Shown: in pieces, positions 24,658 to 32,000 of the stretch
Numbering within the stretch: position 1 is the stretch's first letter
How the letters are laid out: each line of letters begins with the position of its first letter
Assembly (NCBI GenBank): GCA_037444445.1
Contig: JBBIMK010000007.1
Location: 1-32,000 of the forward strand
Length of the DNA stretch: 32,000 bases
Direction of reading: 5' to 3'
From: a bacterium
GTDB taxonomy: Bacteria; UBP7; UBA6624; JBBIMK01
Made by a program: the position numbers and the translations under genes
The notes under the pieces: model-generated
The model's input: only the letters and a program-made list of their open reading frames with translations
Database searches by the model: none
Told to the model about the DNA's origin: nothing

Positions 24658-26501
24658 TTCATTTCCTCCTTTTCTATTTGAACTGAAAGCATTTCTTTCC
24701 CTGTTATTTCAAAACGGAGTTTCTCGGAATTTTCTGAAACAATTTTTCTTTGATAACGGAAGGAATCTTTAGGAACTCGGGGAGATTCCAGTACACTGGA
24801 AATGGAGGGTGGAAGAGAAGGGAAGTCTTTTCCGTGGATGTAGAGCCCTCCTTCAGGCTGTTCCAGAAAAACATAAAGTCGATTGCTCATTCTCTTTTCC
24901 TTCAATAGTCGTAAAACATCTTCAAAAGAATACGGGGTAGTAGGGGAAAGGGATATATCCTCCAGAGTAGCCTCTTGACCTCCGCCGATGAAGATTTGCA
25001 TCGTGCCTTCTTTGATGGATTCAGGAACTTTCACAGTAAGAGTATGACGCTCCTCATCCTTCATCCAGGGCTTTAGAATATAAAAAATCTGAAGGGATTC
25101 ACCGGGTGCTACCGTTGTTTTATCGGTCCAGGCCCTCTTCAAAACGGCAGAATTTCTACCCCGAACAACTTCTAACTGAATCTCTACTTTTTCCAGATTT
25201 GGAAACACAAATCCATTGTCAAAAATGGATGCGAGGATAGAAGTCAGGTCAAATGCTGCATTGGCCAGAGCGGAATCTCCGCCAAAAAGAAACTCAAAAA
25301 ATCCTGGCATCCCCCCATAAAAATTTTCAAAGGGAAGGATGCCATAATTCTGGATATAAATCCGAGCAGACACTTGAAGACTGGTTCCGCTTCCAGATAA
25401 CCGAGCAGATTCCATAGCGTCCGCTATCACTGAGAAGGTCAGAAAACTCATAAAGGGATTGATAGATTTATCCTGAGCGATACGATACGAAAAGGATTTC
25501 TTCTCTCCCCCGGGAAACTGAATATCTATCTGAAGCGGATACATATTCACCGGTGCACCCAGAATACCAAAGATACCTGTGGTTCTATCCTGTCGCAAGT
25601 TCCCTACGATTTTTCCGGTATTAGCCATTTTGGTAGAAGCGGAAAGGAGGGAGAGGGTGTGAACGATGGAAGCCTGAGCCATGGGAAGGTTGATGGGTCC
25701 CTGGTCGAAGAAGGGATGCCCGAAAGCCAGCACGGAGTTATCCTTCCGATAGGTAACCGTTCCAGTGGCATCAAAATTCAGGTCGCCGTCCACCAGAACA
25801 GCGGAAATGGGGGAACCTGGTTCCAGGGGAGGGCCCGTATCTTCTGCCCTGCCTCCACCTGGTGTCATAACCAGCCCCGCTTCCTCAAAAACGGGTTGTA
25901 TCCGATTAAACACCGCCGGAGAAATACCCGAAACAGAGAGAAGCAGGGGGATGTTCTCCATCCCTTCTGGATAACGAGCAGATAATTTTGACCAGCGCTG
26001 CGTAATTTCCTCCCAGAAGGCTTGCTTCTGACCAGGAATTCCAAGGGCAGACCAGAAAGCAGAAGCAGAAAACTGGGGAACCGGCTCTTCCTCATCCCGA
26101 ATAGATTCTTTACCAGGAATTTCCAACATCTCTTCTATGGGGGTGACGCCAGCAATGGGTTCTTTTTGAAAACTTCCAAAGCGATAAGCCAGCGCACCCA
26201 CCAGTTTGTCCTGTATATATACAGGACTCCCGCTCATTCCCGCCACGACACCCGTGAATTGTGCCTTTTCTCCGAGAAGACGAATGAGGATCACACTCCG
26301 CTTAGAAGAAAAATTCTTTAGCACACCCACAACTTCCACAGGAAATTCTTCAATTTTATCTCCCTGAAAAACCGTTTTAGCATATCCACGCATCCCTTCT
26401 TTTATCTCGGATAAGGCAAGTATTTGAGGTTCTGCCTTGAGAATAGAAGCGGAAAAAAGGAAAATCCCCACAACTCCACTCCAGGCCACTCGTTTTACCA
26501 T
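24654..26501 (-). CDS. S55 (SpoIVB-like) serine peptidase family protein, large secreted form
   Basis: Start set at MVKRVAW (26501) because GGAGGG lies 7 nt upstream. Signal peptide. GMSGSPVYI (nt 26223-26240) and GTVTYRKDNSVLAFGHPF (LAFGHP at nt 25713-25730) resemble the SpoIVB Ser and His motifs. The C-terminal roughly 300 aa are of unknown function. Confidence 0.75.
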   Translation of the reverse strand: MVKRVAWSGVVGIFLFSASILKAEPQILALSEIKEGMRGYAKTVFQGDKIEEFPVEVVGVLKNFSSKRSVILIRLLGEKAQFTGVVAGMSGSPVYIQDKLVGALAYRFGSFQKEPIAGVTPIEEMLEIPGKESIRDEEEPVPQFSASAFWSALGIPGQKQAFWEEITQRWSKLSARYPEGMENIPLLLSVSGISPAVFNRIQPVFEEAGLVMTPGGGRAEDTGPPLEPGSPISAVLVDGDLNFDATGTVTYRKDNSVLAFGHPFFDQGPINLPMAQASIVHTLSLLSASTKMANTGKIVGNLRQDRTTGIFGILGAPVNMYPLQIDIQFPGGEKKSFSYRIAQDKSINPFMSFLTFSVIADAMESARLSGSGTSLQVSARIYIQNYGILPFENFYGGMPGFFEFLFGGDSALANAAFDLTSILASIFDNGFVFPNLEKVEIQLEVVRGRNSAVLKRAWTDKTTVAPGESLQIFYILKPWMKDEERHTLTVKVPESIKEGTMQIFIGGGQEATLEDISLSPTTPYSFEDVLRLLKEKRMSNRLYVFLEQPEGGLYIHGKDFPSLPPSISSVLESPRVPKDSFRYQRKIVSENSEKLRFEITGKEMLSVQIEKEEMK

Positions 26502-26569
26502 CCAAAATCCCTCCTGCTCCTTCATATAACAACTATATCATACATCAGGAAAATGAAAAATGGAAAAAC

Positions 26570-26599
26570 TTGCCCCATTGGGAAAAGAAAGAGTAGAAT
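26570..26599 (+). promoter_or_regulatory. candidate promoter TTGCCC-N18-TAGAAT for the DUF948/YtxH pair
   Basis: TTGCCC at 26570-26575 and TAGAAT at 26594-26599. GTG 26612 follows 12 nt later without an SD. Confidence 0.35.
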
Positions 26600-26611
26600 A
26601 TACTACAGACG

Positions 26612-26983
26612 GTGGAAATCTGGTTAAAAAGATTGGTTCTACTGGATGTAGTGGGATGGATGGCGATTCTGGCTATCCTCCTTTATATGGCCCGGGTATT
26701 ACATATCACTTCGCGGCGGATACTATTGCTGGCAGAAAACCTGGAAAAAAAGATTACGGCCTTAACGGAGAGTGCGGACCGGTTAATGAGCCAGACCCGG
26801 CAAGACATCCGAACCATTCGGGGAGGTATCTTATCTGCGCTCAATGTATTCCAGATCTTCGGAACCATAGCGGAGGGCATCCAATCCGGATTCATCGCTG
26901 CATTGCTCAGCCTTTTCAAGAGGGAAAAACACAAAGTCTCCTCCATTCGTAAACCTCAAGAAGATTCAGAAAGGAAGGTGTGA
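26612..26983 (+). CDS. DUF948-like membrane-anchored coiled-coil protein
   Basis: 123 aa: N-terminal TM (VVGWMAILAILLYMA), then a helical region LAENLEKKITALTESADRLMSQTRQDIRTI typical of DUF948. Preferred over the overlapping 26560-26952 frame. Confidence 0.6.
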   Translation: MEIWLKRLVLLDVVGWMAILAILLYMARVLHITSRRILLLAENLEKKITALTESADRLMSQTRQDIRTIRGGILSALNVFQIFGTIAEGIQSGFIAALLSLFKREKHKVSSIRKPQEDSERKV

Positions 26984-26984
26984 A

Positions 26985-27245
26985 ATGTCTGACGGGACTG
27001 AAGGAAAATCGTGGGGATGGTTCCTGGGAGGCCTGGGACTGGGGCTTCTCGTTGGAGTGACCTTCGGGTTGCTGTTCGCTCCGAAAACTGGAGAAGAACT
27101 GCGCCGCATTATACGCGAAAATGTGGAAGGGGGTTGGGATAAAATAAAAGAGAAACTGGAGGCCTGGCTTGCCACAGCCAAAGAAAAAACATCAGAAATC
27201 CTTCACGAACTGGAAAGCGTGGAAGATACTACAAAACCAGCATAG
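26985..27245 (+). CDS. YtxH domain protein
   Basis: 86 aa with GLLVGVTFGLLFAPKTGEELRRIIRENV, the YtxH signature. AAGGAAGGTG SD. Starts 1 nt after the upstream stop. Confidence 0.75.
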   Translation: MSDGTEGKSWGWFLGGLGLGLLVGVTFGLLFAPKTGEELRRIIRENVEGGWDKIKEKLEAWLATAKEKTSEILHELESVEDTTKPA

Positions 27246-28254
27246 CATCTCCAAAAGAATAAAACCGATATCTCTGAGCCACCGCCACACGATAGGCTTC
27301 TAAAACAGTCTCCACTCCCCCGAAGGCACAGACCAGCAGTAGATGGGTGGAAGCCGGTAAGTGAAAGTTCGTAATTAAGGCATCTGTAACTTGAAAGGCA
27401 AATCCAGGATAGATAAAGAGAGTGGTTTGGGTCCGGCAGGGGAGAAGGTGAGAATTCTTTCTTGGCACGGATTCCAGCACTCTAACCGAACTTGTGCCTA
27501 CAGCCACAACTCGTCTTCCCTCCTGCCGAGCCAGATTTAACTTCTCTGCCGTCTCTTCATCCAGTTCATACAGTTCTGGCTGGAGTTGATGGTTTTCCAC
27601 AGGCACATTCTTGAGCAGAAGAAAGGTAGATTCAGATAAAAAAAGAGAGACTTCTGCGAGAATCACACCCTTATCCTCCAGCGCCCTTAAAAGAGGTTCA
27701 TCAAAGTGGAGGCCGGCCGTAGGAGCGGCAAGGGCTCCCTCCTTTTTAGCGAACACGGTTTGATAGCGTTCCGGGTCTGAGAGGTCTTTATGAATGTAAG
27801 GCGGAAGAGGGACTTCACCAATTTGCTTTAATTCGGATGACCCAAGAGGAGGATGAAAAGCGATACGGAAGCGGCCCTCTTCCGGGATTGAAAGCACTTC
27901 TAAATACCGACTTGCGTCTGCATTCAACTGGACGCGGGTGCCCGGGTGTAACCTTCGTCCGGGTCTCATCCGTGCAAGCCATTCGTTGGAGTTCAAGGAC
28001 TTCAATAGCAGGACATCCACGGCGCCGCCGGTGGGAATTTTTCGCCCCCGTAAACGCGCAGGGATCACCCGAACATTATTCAACACCAGCACATCCCCGG
28101 GTTCCAGGTAAAAAACAATATCCCGAAAGGTCCTATGCTCTATCTTCCCGGTGGAGCGATGAAGAACCAGTAAACGGGAATCCGAACGAACAGGCAAGGG
28201 CTCCTGGGCAATGAGTTCAGGGGGTAATGAAAAAGAAAATCGGGTGGTTTGCAT
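27229..28254 (-). CDS. queA: S-adenosylmethionine:tRNA ribosyltransferase-isomerase
   Basis: 341 aa. N-terminus FSLPPELIAQEPLPVRSDSRLLVL, plus PLPPYI and full-length family-typical sequence. Confidence 0.95.
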   Translation of the reverse strand: MQTTRFSFSLPPELIAQEPLPVRSDSRLLVLHRSTGKIEHRTFRDIVFYLEPGDVLVLNNVRVIPARLRGRKIPTGGAVDVLLLKSLNSNEWLARMRPGRRLHPGTRVQLNADASRYLEVLSIPEEGRFRIAFHPPLGSSELKQIGEVPLPPYIHKDLSDPERYQTVFAKKEGALAAPTAGLHFDEPLLRALEDKGVILAEVSLFLSESTFLLLKNVPVENHQLQPELYELDEETAEKLNLARQEGRRVVAVGTSSVRVLESVPRKNSHLLPCRTQTTLFIYPGFAFQVTDALITNFHLPASTHLLLVCAFGGVETVLEAYRVAVAQRYRFYSFGDAMLVL

Positions 28255-28262
28255 CGTCTGAT

Positions 28263-28493
28263 TTACCGATGGCGTAAGAGGACATAAAGAAAAAGATTCA
28301 GGAGAATACTGAGAAGAAGACTGAGCAGGAGCATCGTTACGAAGGGAAAGTAGAAGGTGAACCCGTTGCGTTGAATGAAAATATCTCCAGGAAGGTGCCC
28401 GAATTTTGGGAATTTTCCTCCATAGAGAAACAGGATTCCTAACAGGATGAACAGGAATCCGACAAGAAGAAAGAAGCGCCCGATTTCATTCAT
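28263..28493 (-). CDS. DUF2905 small membrane protein
   Basis: 76 aa with two TM helices and the PGDIFIQRNGFTFYFP motif. It has the typical position between ruvB and queA. Confidence 0.75.
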   Translation of the reverse strand: MNEIGRFFLLVGFLFILLGILFLYGGKFPKFGHLPGDIFIQRNGFTFYFPFVTMLLLSLLLSILLNLFLYVLLRHR

Positions 28494-28496
28494 AAT

Positions 28497-29480
28497 TCAC
28501 AAGGGTTTCTGTTGCAAAAGGCGAACAGATTTTTTTGTAAGCACTCTCCCCTGTGGAGTGCGCCTCAACAATCCCATTTTAATCAGAAAAGGCTCGTACA
28601 CATCCACAAGAGTGTCCCTCTCTTCTCCGAGGACAGCGGAAAGCGTATCCAGACCTGCCGGACCTCCTTGAAAATCGTGAGCCATAACCCATAACAATTT
28701 TCTGTCCATAGCATCCAGGCCATATTCATCGATTTCCAGAGCAGTCAGCGCTCTTTCAGTAATCTTTTTCTCCACTTTTCCATTCCCTTCTACCTTTGCG
28801 AAATCGGCGACTCGTTTGAAAAGGCGTAGAGCCACGCGAGGGGTTCCTCTACCCCGAATGGCTATCATACGGATAGCCTCTGAAGTTGTGGGCACTTGCA
28901 GGACGGTAGCATAGTTCTGCAGGATTTCTTCTATCTCCTTCACGGAGTAAAAATCCAGCTTAAATATAAATCCGAAACGATTTCGCAGAGGGGAAGAAAG
29001 GAGTCCCGGACGAGTCGTGGCTCCCACCAGGGTAAAGAAAGGGAGGGAGATTTTCAAGATTCGGGCGCTCGCTCCCTTACCCATCACGATGTTCAGAGAG
29101 AAATTTTCCATGGCGGGATAAAGAGATTCCTCCACAGCAGCAGGGATCCGATGGATTTCATCAATGAAAAAGGTGTCCCGAAAATTCAACTCTGAAAAAA
29201 GAGCCGCCAGGTCTGCCACCCGGGTTAGCACAGGCCCAGAGGTGGCATAAAAATTTCCTCCCTGCTCCCGAGCCAGAACGCTGGCTAAGGTGGATTTTCC
29301 CATTCCCGGGGGCCCATAAAATAGCACATGGTCCAAAGATGTGTTACTTTTCCGGGAAGCCATCAGGGCGATGTGAAGAATCTGCTTCACTTTTTCTTGC
29401 CCGACAAATTCGTCGAATGTAGTGGGGCGGTACACAAAAGTTTCTTCTGCATTCCGACGAGGGTCTACCAGGCGATTCAT
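28497..29480 (-). CDS. ruvB: Holliday junction branch migration helicase RuvB
   Basis: RPTTFDEFVGQEKVK, Walker A GPPGMGKST, Walker B FIDEIHR and a C-terminal winged helix. Confidence 0.95.
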   Translation of the reverse strand: MNRLVDPRRNAEETFVYRPTTFDEFVGQEKVKQILHIALMASRKSNTSLDHVLFYGPPGMGKSTLASVLAREQGGNFYATSGPVLTRVADLAALFSELNFRDTFFIDEIHRIPAAVEESLYPAMENFSLNIVMGKGASARILKISLPFFTLVGATTRPGLLSSPLRNRFGFIFKLDFYSVKEIEEILQNYATVLQVPTTSEAIRMIAIRGRGTPRVALRLFKRVADFAKVEGNGKVEKKITERALTALEIDEYGLDAMDRKLLWVMAHDFQGGPAGLDTLSAVLGEERDTLVDVYEPFLIKMGLLRRTPQGRVLTKKSVRLLQQKPL

Positions 29481-30052
29481 CTGTGTTTCAAAGCCTCACG
29501 AATCAGCACTTCAAGGGATTTAATAGGGGGGACACGAGAACGGACTCGGCGCAATCTCTGCTGGGCTTCTCTGCGTGTAAAGCCGAGGGAGAGTAAAGCC
29601 TGGAGGGCATCTGCCCACAGATTGCTTAATCCCTTTTGCCAGCCTCCCCATTTTCCTTCCAGAACTTCCTCCCTTACTTCTGCGATGATTCGTCGGGCTG
29701 TTTTCACGCCGATTCCAGAAATAGATTGTAACGATTCTTCATCACCATCCGCAATGCTCTGCAAAAGGGAAAGGAGATTTCCATTCAACAAGCGGAAAGC
29801 CATTTTTTTCCCCACGCCCTGGATGCGGGTGAGCCGTCGGAAAAGGTCCCGCTCCCTCTCCGTTTGAAATCCATACAACGACAGGCCCGTGTCATCCAGA
29901 ATAAATTCTGTAAAAAAATGCGTTTTCTTCCCCTTTTTCAATGTCTGGATGTAACTCGCGGGAGAAAATACCGTAAGAGTAACCGGACCGACCTCCAAAT
30001 CCACCCGATCTTTATCCCATCTGAGAATTTTTCCTCTAATCTCTGTGAGCAT
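29477..30052 (-). CDS. ruvA: Holliday junction DNA-binding protein RuvA
   Basis: MLTEIRGKI start, HhH motifs (IQGVGKKMAFRLL, ISGIGVKTARRI) and a 4-nt overlap with ruvB. Confidence 0.9.
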   Translation of the reverse strand: MLTEIRGKILRWDKDRVDLEVGPVTLTVFSPASYIQTLKKGKKTHFFTEFILDDTGLSLYGFQTERERDLFRRLTRIQGVGKKMAFRLLNGNLLSLLQSIADGDEESLQSISGIGVKTARRIIAEVREEVLEGKWGGWQKGLSNLWADALQALLSLGFTRREAQQRLRRVRSRVPPIKSLEVLIREALKHR

Positions 30053-30524
30053 AAGCGTATTCCTTCAAGCCACAAGCCAAAGCCACCCCAATAGCATCCA
30101 GGGCATCTACATGCGAATCCTGAATTTCAAACTGGCGGAAAAGGGCATGTCGGATGTCTTGTTTGGAGGAATTGCCGTAGCCGGTGAGGGCGAGTTTCAC
30201 TGTTTTGGGGGAGAAAAAACGAATCGGCAAATGGCTTTGCACCGCAGCCAGAAGAACCACCCCTATCACACAACCCATCCTTAAACTCTGTTGGGAGGAA
30301 CGAGGATACCCTCCCCATTCCACAGCCACCAGATGGGGAGAATGCAGCTGGACCCAGGTTCTTGCTATCTCGTGCACTTCCATCAAGGTTTGTTCCAGCG
30401 TTTGAGATTGCAGTTCGTGGGTTTGCCATCGCAGAATATCCCAGGGATGGGTGGGAGAATGAACCTTTTCAATTACGGAGAGTCCGATGCGATGAATGCC
30501 CGGGTCAACTCCCAGAATTCGCAT
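30036..30524 (-). CDS. ruvC: Holliday junction resolvase RuvC
   Basis: MRILGVDPG start, GYGNSSKQDI and DALDAIGVALA motifs, and a 17-nt overlap with ruvA. Confidence 0.9.
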   Translation of the reverse strand: MRILGVDPGIHRIGLSVIEKVHSPTHPWDILRWQTHELQSQTLEQTLMEVHEIARTWVQLHSPHLVAVEWGGYPRSSQQSLRMGCVIGVVLLAAVQSHLPIRFFSPKTVKLALTGYGNSSKQDIRHALFRQFEIQDSHVDALDAIGVALACGLKEYAYAHRD

Positions 30525-30525
30525 C

Positions 30526-31293
30526 TCAAATCAACCTGGGAAGCCCTAAAAACTCTTCCATTTTGAAGCCTGAAATATCGTAGTTGGCATAGACTTCTTG
30601 AACATCATCCAGGTCTTCCAAGACAGAAATCAGTCGGAGAATTTTCTCAGCGGTTTCATCCTCCTCCACTCGGACCAGTTGTCGGGGCACGAAAGTGATT
30701 TCTGCGCGCTCAAAAGTGATGGGCAGTTTAGAGAGTTCCGCTTTGATATGGGTCAAATCTTTCGGGTCACAAATGACTTCAAAGACTCCATCCTCTATGG
30801 TGACATCCTGGGCACCCACATCGGCGGCGATGTCAAAAAACTCCAGGTTGGGCACGGTGCCGATATTGCCCACCAACAGCCCCTTTTTATCAAACATCCA
30901 TGCCACACTACCTTTTTCCGCCAGGTTACCACCATATTTAGAGAACAGATGTTTCAAGTCTCCTGAGGTCCGATTCCGATTATCCGTGACGGTGCGAATC
31001 AAAATGGCAATACCCGCCGGGCCATATCCTTCATAGAAAACCTCCTCAAAATTTGCCCCCTCTTCTCCACCCAATCCCCGGTTGATGGCGCGTTCTACCG
31101 TATCCGAGGGCATATTGATTTCACGGGCTTTATCAACGGCTTTCCGAAGGCGAGGGTTTGCCTCCAGGTCGCTACCGCCCGCTTTCGCCGCCACGGTCAA
31201 TTCCCGAATAATCTTCGCAAACTGCTGCCCTTTACGGGCATCCATCGCCGCTTTCCGATGCTTGATATTTGCCCATTTAGAGTGTCCGGACAT
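30526..31293 (-). CDS. yebC: YebC/PmpR family transcriptional regulator
   Basis: Start set at MSGHSKWANIKHRK (31293), with GGAGGTG 9 nt upstream. Full-length family-typical sequence. Confidence 0.9.
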   Translation of the reverse strand: MSGHSKWANIKHRKAAMDARKGQQFAKIIRELTVAAKAGGSDLEANPRLRKAVDKAREINMPSDTVERAINRGLGGEEGANFEEVFYEGYGPAGIAILIRTVTDNRNRTSGDLKHLFSKYGGNLAEKGSVAWMFDKKGLLVGNIGTVPNLEFFDIAADVGAQDVTIEDGVFEVICDPKDLTHIKAELSKLPITFERAEITFVPRQLVRVEEDETAEKILRLISVLEDLDDVQEVYANYDISGFKMEEFLGLPRLI

Positions 31294-31321
31294 CGTTCCA
31301 TCCACCTCCATACAAATTGTA

Positions 31322-32000
31322 TCAGAAAATCTTACGAATTCCGACTATGGGGCGAGACTTGTTCCCTCGCTCCACTCCAGCAAAGAGAGAAAATTTTTTC
31401 TCCACCTCTAAGGCGAACAGAATTTGATATTGGAGCGAAATATCCTGCTGACGATACCACCACACATTCGCCTCTACGAAGAGATTCGGATTTGACCACG
31501 AAAATTCCAGGGAGGGACGGTGCCTGCGTGTTCCCACTCCCAGAGACACATCCCGGTGGCCCCCATAGCCAAAATACCACAGCAGGTCATTGGCTCTGCC
31601 CCAATCTTCTCCACCCAGTTTCATATACCAGCCCGATTCCGGCTGTTCAACTCGCAAAAAGGTAAGTGTGGAAACCTGACCTTCAGTCCCGGGTGAGCGT
31701 TTGAACCAAGCACGCACATCCGCACTCCCCTGCACCGATGAGATTTCCTCCGCAACCCCGCGAGCCTTTTTGGTAACCGACTCAATATTTTTCACTGAGG
31801 ATTCAACGGATTGACGGAAAGATTCTGCCCCCAGGGTGTCAGAGAGTTTTTTTAAGTTTTCCGATAGAACTTTCAAATTTTCTATGGTCGTTTTCAGGGT
31901 GTTCTGAAATTCCTCGCTCCCGGCAATTTTTTCAAAATTTTTAGAAATAGTTTCCAGAGAAGCGGCGGAGTTTTCTACCCTCTTCAGGATAGCCTGGGCT
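31322..32000 (-). CDS. partial (5' end outside the window) MlaD/MCE-like helical protein with a C-terminal beta-barrel-like domain
   Basis: The frame stays open to the window edge. The helical low-complexity part (LETISKNFEKIAGSEEFQNTLKTTIENLKVLSENLKKLSDTL) resembles MlaD C-terminal helices. The last roughly 130 aa (nt 31325-31723) show alternating hydrophobic beta-strand patterns and end in the OMP-like ...VGIRKIF. Confidence 0.5.
   Translation of the reverse strand, partial: AQAILKRVENSAASLETISKNFEKIAGSEEFQNTLKTTIENLKVLSENLKKLSDTLGAESFRQSVESSVKNIESVTKKARGVAEEISSVQGSADVRAWFKRSPGTEGQVSTLTFLRVEQPESGWYMKLGGEDWGRANDLLWYFGYGGHRDVSLGVGTRRHRPSLEFSWSNPNLFVEANVWWYRQQDISLQYQILFALEVEKKFSLFAGVERGNKSRPIVGIRKIF

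Noticed and set aside
26560-26952. Alternative 130-aa frame overlapping the DUF948-like gene
   Set aside because: It has no TM or family features, and its composition looks like an off-frame product. The 26612 frame gives a DUF948-like TM plus coiled-coil and abuts the YtxH gene.
1-32000. CRISPR arrays, transposases, integrases, prophage or defence islands (including at the tRNA-Phe flank)
   Set aside because: By eye I found no spaced direct-repeat array, no recombinase- or transposase-like ORF, no tRNA 3'-end duplication and no compositional break. The window reads as core chromosome.

Overview
This is a gene-dense (roughly 93% coding) chromosomal segment with about 30 CDS and one tRNA-Phe. 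It has no recognisable mobile elements. Shine-Dalgarno sites are strong GGAGG-type, GTG starts are frequent, and many adjacent genes share 4-nt ATGA/GTGA start-stop overlaps. Recognisable housekeeping genes are glmS, nadE, queA, ruvB, ruvA, ruvC, yebC, a DHH/DHHA1-CBS-class II nucleotidyltransferase (CCA-adding type), an M50 site-2 protease, a Crp/Fnr regulator and a spermidine-synthase-fold protein. There are four envelope-related blocks. One is a pilM/N-pilO-pilP-pilQ-like secretin operon behind a perfect TTGACA-N17-TATAAT promoter. One is an ECF sigma / zf-HC2 anti-sigma / RseB-LolA-like operon. One is a cytochrome c-FTR1 iron permease fusion followed by a helical lipoprotein. The last is a partial MlaD-like protein ending in an OMP-like beta domain. 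I see no CRISPR array, transposase, integrase, toxin-antitoxin pair or known defence gene. Four items are unusual, and I cannot assign any of them to a described system. (i) A 1138-aa fusion of a PrsW-like intramembrane protease, a degenerate kinase-like domain, TPR, a TM helix and a PQQ-type beta-propeller, apparently co-transcribed with the CCA enzyme and the M50 protease. (ii) A translationally coupled pair made of an S55 (SpoIVB-like) peptidase homolog with Ser-before-His motif order and a 731-aa secreted beta-propeller/Ig-like protein. (iii) An orphan 473-aa protein with tandem excisionase-like HTH modules, divergent from the ECF sigma operon. (iv) The MlaD-like protein with a C-terminal beta-barrel-like domain. 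All functional calls come from motif recognition by eye. No database search, HMM scan or folding was run.
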